This document shows, one piece after another, positions 28,255 through 39,018 of a stretch of DNA of 64,000 bases (position 1 is the stretch's first letter; the number at the start of each line of letters is the position of its first letter). Both the position numbers and the translations under genes were made by a program. The notes below the pieces were generated by a model, which made no database searches, was not told the DNA's origin, and was given only the letters and a program-made list of their open reading frames with translations. The DNA lies in the NCBI GenBank assembly GCA_045535665.1, contig JAZSMD010000003.1, positions 8,306 through 72,305 on the forward strand, in the 5' to 3' direction. The DNA comes from Eubacteriales bacterium (GTDB lineage: Bacteria > Bacillota > Clostridia > Oscillospirales > UBA644).

Positions 28255-29331
28255 CTATTTTTTACCAATATTACCGATTTCCACAGCACTAATTCCGCTT
28301 CTCATCACAATAAAACGCAACAGCGGAGAACAAAGAACAAAAGACTTAAAGCGCTTAAATCGGAGTTTTAACCGTAACATTCGCATTTTTTGCATATATT
28401 CGGGCAAAACAGAATTTTCGGGGGTGAAAACTCGCCCCAATTCGTAGCCGCTTTTAAGAGCACTACTGATACCTTCCAAAGAGCTGGGACTGATAAGTCC
28501 TGCGGCTTCTCCCACAAGGTAAATTTTTTCACCTTTAGCACCAAACAAGAATTTTTGCGTAATTTTACCGAAAACAACCATACACGCCTCTGTTGAAAGA
28601 TGTTTTCCAAAAGTTATTCCATATTTTTCAAGCTTCTTCTTTTCAGATTCAAACCGTTCACGGGAATTTTCTTTCGGATATGCTCCGCCAAATGCTATTT
28701 TATCTTCTTTTGTAAAGCTCCATGCATAAGAATCTGAAACGGAGTTATCAAAAATGCAGGAAAAGGCATTTTCATTATCATGCCCAGAACATTCAGAGGC
28801 ATAAAACCATTGTTGAATGGCAACATACATATCTTTTCGGTGTTTTTCCGCAGTCATATTTCGTCTTATAACGGAATTTGCTCCATCTCCACCGATAATA
28901 CTGCGGCAAAGCAAGCTTTTTTCCCCATCTGAATCCAAGAATTTCACACGGTAATTATCTCCGTATTTTTCAAATCCAATACAAGTACCTTCAAAAAAAT
29001 CATGTTTTTCCGATGATACCGACAACAACCATGAGTCAAATCTTTCGCGATCAACATTCACGTAATTCCTCGGATAATAACGGGTAAAGCCATCACGGAT
29101 ATCCATTGTACGAATAACCTTGATTTCAGGTATAACTTTTATGTCTTCCGGAACAGAAAGCCCCATTTTAGACAGCTCACGAACGGCTGAGGGCGACAAA
29201 AGCCCCCCGCAAACTTTGCGGGAAGCTTTTTTATTTATGACTGCAATTTTATAACCGTCAGAAACGGAACTCAGGAATGCGGAAGCCGCAGGTCCTGAAC
29301 CGATCACAACAGCATCATAAATTTTTACCAT
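28255..29331 (-). CDS. FAD-binding oxidoreductase, CbrA/YidS-like (geranylgeranyl reductase superfamily)
   Basis: VIGSGPA, KVCGGLL, Y.NVDRERFDSWL, GGDGANS, YVAIQQWF, GEAAGLISPSSLEGIS. Confidence 0.8.
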   Translation of the reverse strand: MVKIYDAVVIGSGPAASAFLSSVSDGYKIAVINKKASRKVCGGLLSPSAVRELSKMGLSVPEDIKVIPEIKVIRTMDIRDGFTRYYPRNYVNVDRERFDSWLLSVSSEKHDFFEGTCIGFEKYGDNYRVKFLDSDGEKSLLCRSIIGGDGANSVIRRNMTAEKHRKDMYVAIQQWFYASECSGHDNENAFSCIFDNSVSDSYAWSFTKEDKIAFGGAYPKENSRERFESEKKKLEKYGITFGKHLSTEACMVVFGKITQKFLFGAKGEKIYLVGEAAGLISPSSLEGISSALKSGYELGRVFTPENSVLPEYMQKMRMLRLKLRFKRFKSFVLCSPLLRFIVMRSGISAVEIGNIGKK

Positions 29332-29929
29332 TAAGTATCTCCTCGGAGACTTTTTCCACAGCTTGTGGAAGAATTATCCATTCACAGTTTTCCATAACCC
29401 TGCGCTGGAGAATTTCAGGGGTATCTCCATCAAGTATATCAACAGCTTTCTGTGCAATAATTCTGCCACCGTCAACAACCTCGGAAACGAAATGAACCGT
29501 TGCGCCCGTAACTTTAACACCGTATTCGAGAGCTTTTTCGTGGACTTTAAGACCGAAGAAACCTTCACCGCAGAAAGACGGTATCAAAGAAGGATGAACA
29601 TTTATTATTTTCTCAGGATATGCGGCAACAACCTCATCGGAAAGTATAGTAAGGAAGCCTGCAAGAACTATAAGCTCCGTGCCGTTTTGACGAAGAACTT
29701 CAAGAAGAGCCTTGCCGTAACCCTCAATATCCTTTCCGAAATCAGAACGAGGAACAACAGCAGTAGCAATTCCTGCTTTTGAAGCTCTGTCTAACGCTTT
29801 TACTCCGGGTTTATCGGAAATAACAAGAGAGATTTCGCCACTATGAAGAATTCCGCTGTTTTGTGCATCAATAAGTGCTTGAAGATTCGTACCACCGCCT
29901 GATACGAGAACTGTAATTTTAGTTTTCAT
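29315..29929 (-). CDS. purN: Phosphoribosylglycinamide formyltransferase
   Basis: SGGGTNLQA, LAGF, INVHPSL, GATVHFV. Confidence 0.97.
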   Translation of the reverse strand: MKTKITVLVSGGGTNLQALIDAQNSGILHSGEISLVISDKPGVKALDRASKAGIATAVVPRSDFGKDIEGYGKALLEVLRQNGTELIVLAGFLTILSDEVVAAYPEKIINVHPSLIPSFCGEGFFGLKVHEKALEYGVKVTGATVHFVSEVVDGGRIIAQKAVDILDGDTPEILQRRVMENCEWIILPQAVEKVSEEILNGKNL

Positions 29930-30972
29930 TATTTGATTATAACTTCCTTATCGCCTTCAACTATTTCACCGAGAACAAATGCATTTTCGCCTGCGGACTT
30001 AATAGCCTCGATAGCTTTATCTGCATCTTCTGCATTAACAACACAAGCCATACCAACGCCCATGTTAAATGTGTTGAACATATCTCTTTCAGGAATGTCG
30101 CCAACCTTCTGGAGTACAGAGAAGATTGCAGGTCTTTCAAAATCCTTCTTGCAAACGATGGAAGCACCGTCGGGAAGCATTCTGGGAAGATTTTCATAGA
30201 ATCCGCCACCTGTAATATGAGAAATAGCTTTAACTTCAACAGCAGAAGTAAGTGCTGCAATAGCTTTCACATAAATCTTTGTGGGAACGATAAGAGCCTC
30301 ACCGAGAGTTGTACCGAGTTCTTCATATTCTGTCATGAGGTTATCATAAGCCTTATCTGTGTTAAGACCGAAAACCTTACGAACAAGAGAGAAACCGTTG
30401 GAATGTACACCGGAAGAAGAAATACCGATAACAACGTCACCTTTTTTAACTTTTGAGCCGTCGATAACCTTAGATTTGTCAACCATACCAACAGTAAAGC
30501 CCGCAAGGTCGTATTCATCTTCGGGATAGAATCCGGGCATTTCAGCTGTTTCACCACCGATAAGAGCAGCTCCTGCCTGACGGCAACCTTCTGCAACACC
30601 GCTTACGATTGAAGCAATTTTTTCGGGAATAAGTTTACCCGTTGCAATATAGTCAAGGAAGAAGAGGGGTTTTGCACCACAGCAAAGTACATCGTTTACG
30701 CACATTGCAACACAGTCGATACCAACTGTATCGTGCTTATCAAGAAGGAATGCAAGCTTAAGTTTTGTGCCAACACCGTCTGTACCGGAAACGAGAACGG
30801 GTTCGCCAACACCTGTAAGGTTAGGCATAAAGAGACCGCCAAAGCCACCGATATCCTGAAGAACTCCGTCATTATACGTGCTCTTAACGTGCTGTTTCAT
30901 CAATTCTACACTTTTATAACCGGCTGTAACGTCAACGCCGGCACTTTTGTAACTGTCGCTATAACTTTTCAT
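29929..30972 (-). CDS. purM: Phosphoribosylformylglycinamidine cyclo-ligase
   Basis: [35 protein letters not shown]. Confidence 0.98.
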   Translation of the reverse strand: MKSYSDSYKSAGVDVTAGYKSVELMKQHVKSTYNDGVLQDIGGFGGLFMPNLTGVGEPVLVSGTDGVGTKLKLAFLLDKHDTVGIDCVAMCVNDVLCCGAKPLFFLDYIATGKLIPEKIASIVSGVAEGCRQAGAALIGGETAEMPGFYPEDEYDLAGFTVGMVDKSKVIDGSKVKKGDVVIGISSSGVHSNGFSLVRKVFGLNTDKAYDNLMTEYEELGTTLGEALIVPTKIYVKAIAALTSAVEVKAISHITGGGFYENLPRMLPDGASIVCKKDFERPAIFSVLQKVGDIPERDMFNTFNMGVGMACVVNAEDADKAIEAIKSAGENAFVLGEIVEGDKEVIIK

Positions 30973-30985
30973 GTCCTGTATCTCC

Positions 30986-32416
30986 TCAAATTTCTTTTAT
31001 TTTCTGTTGATATTTATTTTCTGTTTGATTAGTGGGAATAGCTATCGGATATTCACCTGTGAAACAACCTGCACAAAGACCTAAGTTACACCCTCTTGCA
31101 ATATTGAACACTGATTCGACATCAAGGAAACAGAGAGTGTCTGCACCAATCTGTTTGCAAATTTCATCAATTGTAAGTCTGCACGCAATAAGATTTTCTT
31201 TAGATTCTATATCCGTACCGAAATAGCAGGGATTAATAAACGGAGGTGAAGAAATTCTCATATGTATTTCTTTTGCACCGGCTTCACGGAGAAGTTTTAT
31301 GGTATTTGCGGTCGTTGTACCTCTTACGATAGAGTCATCAACAACAACTACACGTTTGCCCTCAACTGCAGATTTAAGTATATTAAGTTTGATTTTTACC
31401 GAGCGCTCACGCTGCGATTGAGTTGACTGAATAAATGTTCTTCCGATATATCTGTTTTTAATGAAACCTACTCCATAAGGTATACCGCTTTCAAGTGAAT
31501 AACCCAATGCAGCATCAAGACCTGAGTCGGGAACACCGCATACTATATCAGCATCTACGGGAAAAGCTTTTGCAAGATATCTTCCTGCTTCCTGACGTGC
31601 AAAATGAACAGAAGCACCGTCTATTACAGAGTCAGGACGTGCTGTATAGATATATTCAAAAACACAAAGTCCGCACTTGGATCTGTCAATAGTTTCATCT
31701 TTTATTTCAGTAATTCCCTCATCGGAAACAACGACTATCTCACCGGGTTCAATATCTCTGATAAATTCAGCACCGAGAGTATCAAATGCACAGCTTTCGG
31801 AAGCAAAAACAACACTTTCGCCAATTTTACCCATACAAAGAGGTCTGATAGCCTTCGGATCGCGGGCTGCAATAAGCTTGCTGGGACTCATAAGAACCAA
31901 AGAGTATGCACCTTCAAGCTTTTTCATAACATTTTTAAGAGCCATTTCAATGGAAGGGCATTTAATTCTTTCTCTTGCAAGAAGATACAACATAATCTCA
32001 GCATCGTTTGTTGTCTGGAAAATAGCACCGGAGTTCTCAAGCTCTGCTCGAAGTGCGGCAGCATTCACAAGCGTACCGTTATACGCCAAAGCAAGTGTAC
32101 CTTTTATGTATTTTGAGACAAGAGGTTGAGCATTTTCTCTGTTTGCAGATTTTGATGTTGCGTAACGGCAGTGACCGACAGCTATTCTGCCACCTTCAAG
32201 ATGTTTCATAACCACAGGGTTGAAAACATCGGGCACAAGGCCAAGATCTTTGTAAGAAACTATTATACCGTTATCATTTACCGCAATACCGCAACTTTCC
32301 TGACCGCGGTGCTGGAGGGCAAACAAAGCAAGATATGCCTCTTCCGCAACTTTTAATTCCGCATCTTTGGAAAAAATACCAAATACACCACATTCTTCAT
32401 GAATTTCATCAAACAT
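30986..32416 (-). CDS. purF: Amidophosphoribosyltransferase
   Basis: EECGVFG propeptide/Cys1, [21 protein letters not shown], Fe-S cysteines (CAGC). Confidence 0.97.
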   Translation of the reverse strand: MFDEIHEECGVFGIFSKDAELKVAEEAYLALFALQHRGQESCGIAVNDNGIIVSYKDLGLVPDVFNPVVMKHLEGGRIAVGHCRYATSKSANRENAQPLVSKYIKGTLALAYNGTLVNAAALRAELENSGAIFQTTNDAEIMLYLLARERIKCPSIEMALKNVMKKLEGAYSLVLMSPSKLIAARDPKAIRPLCMGKIGESVVFASESCAFDTLGAEFIRDIEPGEIVVVSDEGITEIKDETIDRSKCGLCVFEYIYTARPDSVIDGASVHFARQEAGRYLAKAFPVDADIVCGVPDSGLDAALGYSLESGIPYGVGFIKNRYIGRTFIQSTQSQRERSVKIKLNILKSAVEGKRVVVVDDSIVRGTTTANTIKLLREAGAKEIHMRISSPPFINPCYFGTDIESKENLIACRLTIDEICKQIGADTLCFLDVESVFNIARGCNLGLCAGCFTGEYPIAIPTNQTENKYQQKIKEI

Positions 32417-32427
32417 TTATTTATAAT

Positions 32428-32460
32428 CCCCATTCTGCCGCTGTTGCGGCATTTAAATTT
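32428..32460 (-). promoter_or_regulatory. Pre-SD hairpin motif, copy B (purE-purF intergenic)
   Basis: AAATTTAAAT-GCCGC-AACA-GCGGC-AGAAT-GGGG. Confidence 0.65.
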
Positions 32461-32482
32461 AATAATCCTTATAAATTAAAAC

Positions 32483-32971
32483 TCAGATCATTTCGTTGAT
32501 TTTGGAATCCTTTTCCAAAATCTCTTTTTCCATATCTGCTTTATATTTAACCAATTTTTCGTTGAGTTCAGGCTCACTTAGAGCAAGCATCTGAACAGCA
32601 AGAAGAGCAGCATTTGCACTTCCGTCAATTGCTACAGTTGCTACCGGAATACCCTTAGGCATCTGAACTGTGGAAAGAAGGCTGTCCAAGCCGTCCATTG
32701 TAGAACTTTTTACCGGAATACCGATAACAGGAAGAACTGTATTTGCAGCCATTACGCCTGCAAGATGTGCAGCTTTTCCTGCGGCACAAATAAGACATCC
32801 AAAACCGTTAGCTGCAGCATTTTTGGAAAACTCTTCTGCGGCACGGGGAGTTCTGTGTGCGGAGTAAATATGAGCTTCAAACTCAACTCCGAATTTCTTT
32901 AAAATATCAAATGCGGGCTTAATTACGGGAAGATCGCTGTCACTACCCATTATAATAGCTACTTTTTTCAT
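32483..32971 (-). CDS. purE: N5-CAIR mutase
   Basis: IMGSDSD, SAHRTP, AGKAAHL, VQMP.G.PVATV; start moved to ATG 32971. Confidence 0.97.
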   Translation of the reverse strand: MKKVAIIMGSDSDLPVIKPAFDILKKFGVEFEAHIYSAHRTPRAAEEFSKNAAANGFGCLICAAGKAAHLAGVMAANTVLPVIGIPVKSSTMDGLDSLLSTVQMPKGIPVATVAIDGSANAALLAVQMLALSEPELNEKLVKYKADMEKEILEKDSKINEMI

Positions 32972-32977
32972 TTTAGT

Positions 32978-33010
32978 CTCCAATCCGCCGCCTTTGCCGC
33001 GGCTAAAGTT
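32978..33010 (-). promoter_or_regulatory. Pre-SD hairpin motif, copy C (purE)
   Basis: AACTTTA-GCCGC-GGCAAAG-GCGGC-GGATT-GGAG. Confidence 0.65.
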
Positions 33011-33100
33011 CTTCTTTTATTTTAAAAATGCGTTGAAACCTTTGATTTCGCGCTATTTTATTTCACGATGAACACATGAATGATCCATACAGTCCTTATT

Positions 33101-33183
33101 AAAAATCGCAAAGATGCTGCAATCGTAGTACGACGCAACATCTTACTACAGTTTATTATATAATATATAATGAATCTTTTCAA
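33101..33183 (-). promoter_or_regulatory. pur operon promoter and 5' leader hairpin
   Basis: TTGAAA-17-TATAAT at 33183-33155; long hairpin at 33144-33111 just after the predicted start site. Confidence 0.7.
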
Positions 33184-33232
33184 GAGGTAGAATCGCTATT
33201 TAACATTTTTTTCGTTTTTAATGAAGAATCTG

Positions 33233-33847
33233 TTACGTTCTTCTGCGAATTTCTGAAGAGATTTCAGTTATTTCAGCACGTCCATACCATTGTTCTTCTA
33301 TTGTACGGGCAATTTCAGGATATTTTTCTCCGGGAATTTCAACATAGAGGGTAACTGTATCGGAAAATTCACGGTCAAGAGGTTCAAGCCCTTCCAAACG
33401 GAACAATCTTTCAATACTGCTATGAAGATCATACCCATAATTTACAGCAATTGTCTTATATTCAATGACATCGGTTTTCCCTGCCTCTTCAATCGCACCT
33501 GCCGCGCCCTTGGAGTATGCGCGGACAAGACCTCCTGCCCCCAAGAGGATTCCACCGAAATATCGGGTAACAGTACAAACAACATCTGCCACACCATTAG
33601 TATCAAGTACATGAAGAATTGGCATTCCCGCAGTACCCTGTGGCTCTCCGTCATCAGAAGCCCTTCTTTGAGTTCCCCCGCAGACAGAATAAGCCCAGCA
33701 TACATGAGTTGCATCAGGGTGAGAGTCTCTTACAGACTGAACCTTTTCCATAGCCTCATCTATTGTTTTTGCATAAAATACCTGACCGATAAAAACGGAT
33801 TTTTTCTCCGTAAACTCAAATACAGAATCTTTCTTAACTGTTATCAT
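33233..33847 (-). CDS. yigZ: YigZ / IMPACT family protein
   Basis: KKSVFIG, DATHVCWAY, SDDGEPQGTAG, RYFGGILLGAGGL. Confidence 0.93.
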   Translation of the reverse strand: MITVKKDSVFEFTEKKSVFIGQVFYAKTIDEAMEKVQSVRDSHPDATHVCWAYSVCGGTQRRASDDGEPQGTAGMPILHVLDTNGVADVVCTVTRYFGGILLGAGGLVRAYSKGAAGAIEEAGKTDVIEYKTIAVNYGYDLHSSIERLFRLEGLEPLDREFSDTVTLYVEIPGEKYPEIARTIEEQWYGRAEITEISSEIRRRT

Positions 33848-33981
33848 AACTTCTCCAATTTAATATTTCAAGTGATATTTAATATTTTTCATATTACCTG
33901 CGAATTTTCTGACATGGAAAATAATATGTTCAATTTAAACTTAACATTTTATTTTCCACAACTAAAAATCTTCAGAAGAGA

Positions 33982-34036
33982 TTCGGGGAAACTTCTTATA
34001 AAAAAACTTTCCCCGAAATTCTTGCACTTTTTAAAA
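33982..34036. repeat. REP-like palindrome, copy 4 (degenerate)
   Basis: TTCGGGGAAACTT...ACTTTCCCCGAA plus tail GCACTTTTTAAAA. Confidence 0.65.
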
Positions 34037-34062
34037 CACAGGTCGGCGGAAAACCGCCGACC
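34033..34062 (-). terminator. Intrinsic terminator of the ABC cluster
   Basis: GGTCGGCGG-TTTT-CCGCCGACC followed by TGTGTTTT on the minus strand. Confidence 0.7.
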
Positions 34063-34075
34063 CATAAAGTTTTGT

Positions 34076-35068
34076 TTAACCAACAAGACCGCTTCGTTCG
34101 ATACCCTGTACGAAATATCTCTGTGCAAAAAGGAACACAATGAGAAGAGGAGCGATCATCAGCAAGGAACCTGTATCAAGGAGTGTCTGCTGCTGCAGAA
34201 TATCTTCAACACCCTTTGTAACCTTAAAGAGTGTGTTAGAGAGCACTACCATTTCAGGCATAAGCATGCTGTTGTATGTTGTGTCTGTCCACTGCCATGT
34301 AAATGAGAAGAGGAAGACTGTGATCATCATGTTGAATGCGTTGGGAACCATGATGGATGCGAATGTTCTGAAGGGACCTGCACCGTCAATGTACGCAGAC
34401 TGTTCAAGTTCCTTAGGCATACCTCTGAAGAACTGTCTCATAAGGTAGATGTAAAGACCGTTTTTAAGACCGAGACCTGTAGCGGACATTATAGCCAAGG
34501 GCCAGAATGAGTCGATAAGACTAAGATTACCGATGAAGTATCTGAAACGCACATAAAGAGGAAGCATGATTGTCTGGGGAGGAATAATAAGAGTAACAAT
34601 AACGATAAGGAAGAGGATATTCTTACCCTTAAAATTAAATCTTGCAAAACCGTAACCAACAAGCAAGCTTACGAGAAGCTGGAATATGGAAACGAGGAGA
34701 GACAACCATGTGGAGTTGATCAATGCGGGCCAATAGTTCATGTTCATGACAGCTCTTTCGATAAAGTACGTTGAGCCTTCACGGGGAATAAACATAACCG
34801 TTTTATCGGTAAGGTCATTTGTCGACATGAACGAAACGATAACTTTTACAAGGAAGGGATAAAGAATCATGAAGCAGATACCGATGATGATAATTGCTCT
34901 TACGATTGCCCAACAGAATCTGCCAAGACCACCGAGTGTAAGGTTCTTTCTCTTCCATCTTGCCCAGTCAATGCCCTCAAATTTCTTGGGAGCAATCTTT
35001 TCAAGGAACTTCTCAAAGAAGTTTCTGTTATCTACATGGACTTCGGATTCATAATTGATTTGTTTCAT
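34076..35068 (-). CDS. Carbohydrate ABC transporter permease (MalG-like)
   Basis: GYGFARF.F.GK and EAA-like loop ELEQSAYIDGAG. Confidence 0.93.
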   Translation of the reverse strand: MKQINYESEVHVDNRNFFEKFLEKIAPKKFEGIDWARWKRKNLTLGGLGRFCWAIVRAIIIIGICFMILYPFLVKVIVSFMSTNDLTDKTVMFIPREGSTYFIERAVMNMNYWPALINSTWLSLLVSIFQLLVSLLVGYGFARFNFKGKNILFLIVIVTLIIPPQTIMLPLYVRFRYFIGNLSLIDSFWPLAIMSATGLGLKNGLYIYLMRQFFRGMPKELEQSAYIDGAGPFRTFASIMVPNAFNMMITVFLFSFTWQWTDTTYNSMLMPEMVVLSNTLFKVTKGVEDILQQQTLLDTGSLLMIAPLLIVFLFAQRYFVQGIERSGLVG

Positions 35069-35082
35069 TTAATTTTTCCTCC

Positions 35083-36027
35083 TTAATCCTGATAAATAAC
35101 CATTCTGTTGATCAACAGGAATACTATGCCAACGAAGACAAGTACAACCAATGTGTAGATCCATGAAAGTGATGAAGCAAGAGCGTAAGCACTTGAGTTA
35201 GCCAATTTCTGGCTGATGAATGTAACTGCCATGTTATCAGCTTTAAGGAACTGGTCGATAACAGTATAGATTGTGTTAACGAGAATGAGGGGGCTGACAT
35301 AGGGGAAGGAAATTTTCCAGAAAACTTCCCAACCTGTAGCGCCTTCAACCTGAGCAGCTTCATACATACTGGTGGAGATACCCTGAAGACCGGAAAGGAA
35401 GATGAGCATCTGAACACCGGAGGATGTGATGATTGAATAAAGACCGTCAATAGCGCCAAGAACGATATTGGCAAGATCTGTATTGTTAAGAGTTTCAATA
35501 ATCAGGTTTGCAAGAGCAGCGTAGTTGAAGACATTACCTGAACCTGAAGCAGAGCCGATTTCCATCTTTTCAGCAGAGGAGTAAATGTCGATCATGGAGC
35601 TCATGCCTTCTACTTCTGCGATAATACCTGTTGAAATAATAACGGGTACGAAGAAGATAACACGGGCAGCTGTCTTACCAAAGAAGTTCTGATTAAGCAC
35701 GTTAGCCATGAAGAAGGAGAAGATAAGAATAATAGGAATCTGAATCAAGATACCACCCGTTGATTCAACAACGGTTCTTATAAAACCGTCTTCTACGAAT
35801 AACGCTTCGTAATAGTTATCCCAACCGCAGAATACTGTTTTAAAACCGTTATCGGTTACTTCAATATCGCTGAAGGAATATATAAGAGACTGAACTACGA
35901 CGGGAATGTAAATAGCTGCAAGACCTATGATGATAGGCAGAACAAATACATAACCGTAGAGATTCTGCTTTCTTTCAAGAGAGAATCTTTGTCTCTTAGG
36001 CATTTTTTCTATAGTTACTTTACTCAT
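35083..36027 (-). CDS. Carbohydrate ABC transporter permease (MalF-like)
   Basis: EAA loop MYEAAQVEGATGWE.FWKI; multi-TM. Confidence 0.93.
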   Translation of the reverse strand: MSKVTIEKMPKRQRFSLERKQNLYGYVFVLPIIIGLAAIYIPVVVQSLIYSFSDIEVTDNGFKTVFCGWDNYYEALFVEDGFIRTVVESTGGILIQIPIILIFSFFMANVLNQNFFGKTAARVIFFVPVIISTGIIAEVEGMSSMIDIYSSAEKMEIGSASGSGNVFNYAALANLIIETLNNTDLANIVLGAIDGLYSIITSSGVQMLIFLSGLQGISTSMYEAAQVEGATGWEVFWKISFPYVSPLILVNTIYTVIDQFLKADNMAVTFISQKLANSSAYALASSLSWIYTLVVLVFVGIVFLLINRMVIYQD

Positions 36028-39002
36028 TTTACCTTCACCTCCAAATAACCTTTAGCAGGAATTACCGTGGTCTCATCGGCAAGTTCAACATCATAGTCAT
36101 TGTAGTTTACAATGAATTTAACGGAGTCACCGTATGTTGTTGCATAAACACCGCTTGTGGGGATTCTATTGTAGGAAGCATTAAGTTCGCCATCAACATA
36201 GTTTTCATCACCTTCAGCATAGTATGTTCTTTCGCCATCATATACATGATATGCTTCAAGAATTTCATGTGCTGTCATGGGTTTATTAGCAACTTTATTC
36301 ATAAGACCGGAGATTTCTTTATAAAGCTCAACGGCAATATCAAAAGAATCCTTGTAATTTACAGAGTACCAATCCTGGAATACATAGTCTGTATTGTTGA
36401 GGATGCTGTTATCAGCGCCCATCCACTTGAAGTATACGCCGCTACCTGTTTCAAGCATTTCAAGAATTGCCGTAGAGTAGTCAGCAGATTCGTTCAGAGG
36501 AGAACTTGCATAGTCAATATAACCGTGAAGAACCATCTGAATGAAGGGGATAGCTTCGGATGTGGACATATACTGGCTGGAACCCATGGGGAGGTTGAGA
36601 ATATGAGATGCATATTTCCAGGTATAATCGTTACCTGTTTGAACCATCATATCGTAGCCGTCAAATGTTTCGATAGCCTGAATATGATATTCGAGAGCCT
36701 GTGTACGGTTCTTGATTCTACCAATCTTATAGTTGGAGTTGATAACAGAACCGATATCGCCAAGAGAAATCTGTTTGTTGGAAACGAGGTTTTCAAGATC
36801 AGATTTGAAGCCTGCCGCAAGATTGGGGATCTTATCGGGAGCAATAACTGTTTTATCAAAACCTGACTTCCAAATATAACCGGTAGCATAATCTCTTTCA
36901 AGATCTCTTGCAACTGTCATATCGAGACGACGTGCTGCATCCTGAGAATAATTCATAGAGTCAAATGCTTCGTCTTTTACAACGTAGATAAAGTTTGCAT
37001 CGGGATAGAAGCCGATCTTACTGCTCTGGAGAGCTTCGGAAACTGATTTGAGTTCAGATTTGGAACCAAGAACAGAAACGGGATCTGCACCGTCAAATAT
37101 TGTGTTGTAATAACCGTCATTTGCCCAATAGAGATATCTGAAATTAATGTTTTCAACGCCTTCAGCAAGGAGGGCATCTGCAATTTCCTTAACCTGGTTG
37201 TAAGTTGTAAGAGCTACAACGTGGTCAACAGGAACACCTACTACAGATTCTGTCTTATTGATAGCACCGAGGAGGTCTACATAGAAAGGAACTGAGGAAT
37301 CGGATTTAAGACTTGCAGGGAGAATCTCATGTTCAATGAGATAATCTCTGTAGAATTCAGCATATTCGGAATATGTCATGTCGCCCTTTGTGAAGAAGTA
37401 ATCAACTGTGAAGACAGCAATATTATCTTCTTTAGAAAGGATAGCACCGGCACTGGATGTATCGTCGCTCTTTGTGCTGCCTGAGATTTCTTCAGAACCA
37501 CCCTGACCACCGGAATATGTGAGGTAGCTTCGTTCAGCATAAACGAGGTCATAGTTGATAGATGCTGTGGGGTTATTTGTAGTATTGGAAGGTCTTGCAG
37601 AAGCGTAGGCCTGAGCACCGCCATTTGAAAGAATCGCAACCATACCACCTAATGTTGAACGGTCAAACGCCAGGAACGGAGTTACAACCTGTTCTTCGGG
37701 GGTAATATCATATTCAACCTGGAAGGTGTCATCCAAACCGTATACACGACCTGTATATACGTCTTTTGTAAGATCACCTGCAATAGGCATGATAGCACCG
37801 GAACCATCGGGAATGATGATATACTGATCGTTCTGAATGATCTTATCTTTTGTACCAAGGATCTTGCTTCCGACTTCTACAGGCATGATAGCACCGAGAG
37901 TTCTGTACAAATAGATTTTGTACATCTTCTGTTTCTGAGGAGCAAGGATAAGATTTGAGTCAACTGTTACGCTGAGACCTTCTTCTGTAAGAGTAAGATC
38001 AACGGGAATTGTATACATAACGGCTCTTGCGGGACCGCTGTATTCAACTGCGTCCATTTCTTTTTTAAGCATATCAGCATTGAAGCCTGCCATTTCCATG
38101 GACTCTTTAACGATCATTTTCTGACGTACGTTAAGTGTACGAACGATCATCATGGGGAACATTTCGATTGTGGGATAGTCATCAATAAAACGTTCTTTAT
38201 CTTCAAGCGTAAGCCCATCAGGTGTAACAGACTTATAACAGTTCCAAAGTTTTTTGTACTGTGATTCACCGCCATCTTGTTTTTCAAGTCTTGTTTTGAT
38301 CCATTCCCAAGTTTCCATTGTAACAACAGGAGGAACAAGGTCGGAGTCGGGGTCATTACCGATTGTGTAGATAACGCGGATAGTGTCATCGTCAACCTTG
38401 GTAATTGTAAGACGTTTGGAATCAGCACAATGCTGCATATAGTTAAATTCATAACGTTTGTTGGAAACGTCATAAGCTTCAAGGGCAATGGGAGAAACGA
38501 TGGGTTCGAAAACTTCTGGTTCTACACCTTTACCGTTTGAATATGTACCGGTGAAGTTATAGGGGTCAGAATGGTAAACATGACCTGTATTTTTATCAAC
38601 GATACAAATAGCACTCATTCTTTCCTGATCTGTCTTATATGTAAGATCCATATAAAGCTCAAAGTTATCATTTTCAAGAATAAGAGTCATATTTTCGTTA
38701 CCGCGTCTGATACCGTCAACTACAGAGTTTTTAGAACCGACAGTGTTATCATATTTCTTTGCGATAACCCATTCTTCTTCTGTTTTAACGATTTCCATGC
38801 CGGTATCGTCAATTTCAGTTGTTTCTGTCTTAACGTTTTCAGCAATTATTTCGCTGTCACCGATAAGAGTGAGAATATGTTCTTCTCTCTGCTCATCTGT
38901 AATGTAACCTTCATTTACATCTTTTTCACTGCAGGAAGTGAAGGATACAAGAGATGTGATCATAATAGAAAGCAGCAGAACGAAAGAAAGTATTTTTTTC
39001 AT
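36024..39002 (-). CDS. DUF5696 domain lipoprotein
   Basis: Lipobox FTSC; IPDGSGA, VYGLD, TTY.Q, GFYPD, IPF.QMVLHGYIDY, TYG...FIVNY; position within the SBP-permease-NHL-Yip1 cluster; start moved to ATG 39002. Confidence 0.8.
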   Translation of the reverse strand: MKKILSFVLLLSIMITSLVSFTSCSEKDVNEGYITDEQREEHILTLIGDSEIIAENVKTETTEIDDTGMEIVKTEEEWVIAKKYDNTVGSKNSVVDGIRRGNENMTLILENDNFELYMDLTYKTDQERMSAICIVDKNTGHVYHSDPYNFTGTYSNGKGVEPEVFEPIVSPIALEAYDVSNKRYEFNYMQHCADSKRLTITKVDDDTIRVIYTIGNDPDSDLVPPVVTMETWEWIKTRLEKQDGGESQYKKLWNCYKSVTPDGLTLEDKERFIDDYPTIEMFPMMIVRTLNVRQKMIVKESMEMAGFNADMLKKEMDAVEYSGPARAVMYTIPVDLTLTEEGLSVTVDSNLILAPQKQKMYKIYLYRTLGAIMPVEVGSKILGTKDKIIQNDQYIIIPDGSGAIMPIAGDLTKDVYTGRVYGLDDTFQVEYDITPEEQVVTPFLAFDRSTLGGMVAILSNGGAQAYASARPSNTTNNPTASINYDLVYAERSYLTYSGGQGGSEEISGSTKSDDTSSAGAILSKEDNIAVFTVDYFFTKGDMTYSEYAEFYRDYLIEHEILPASLKSDSSVPFYVDLLGAINKTESVVGVPVDHVVALTTYNQVKEIADALLAEGVENINFRYLYWANDGYYNTIFDGADPVSVLGSKSELKSVSEALQSSKIGFYPDANFIYVVKDEAFDSMNYSQDAARRLDMTVARDLERDYATGYIWKSGFDKTVIAPDKIPNLAAGFKSDLENLVSNKQISLGDIGSVINSNYKIGRIKNRTQALEYHIQAIETFDGYDMMVQTGNDYTWKYASHILNLPMGSSQYMSTSEAIPFIQMVLHGYIDYASSPLNESADYSTAILEMLETGSGVYFKWMGADNSILNNTDYVFQDWYSVNYKDSFDIAVELYKEISGLMNKVANKPMTAHEILEAYHVYDGERTYYAEGDENYVDGELNASYNRIPTSGVYATTYGDSVKFIVNYNDYDVELADETTVIPAKGYLEVKVK

Positions 39003-39018
39003 TTTAAACCACGGCCTC

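Noticed and set aside
32990-33150. Canonical guanine, ZTP or PRPP riboswitch upstream of purE
   Set aside because: I could not find the conserved aptamer cores by eye; only a non-canonical hairpin is reported.
33200-33220. PurBox-like AAAACGAA upstream of the pur promoter
   Set aside because: Only a partial match in AT-rich sequence, with no clear second box.
33290-34306. 338 aa plus-strand ORF spanning yigZ, the intergenic repeat and a permease end
   Set aside because: Antisense to two well-supported genes, no SD or recognisable motif; most likely a shadow frame.
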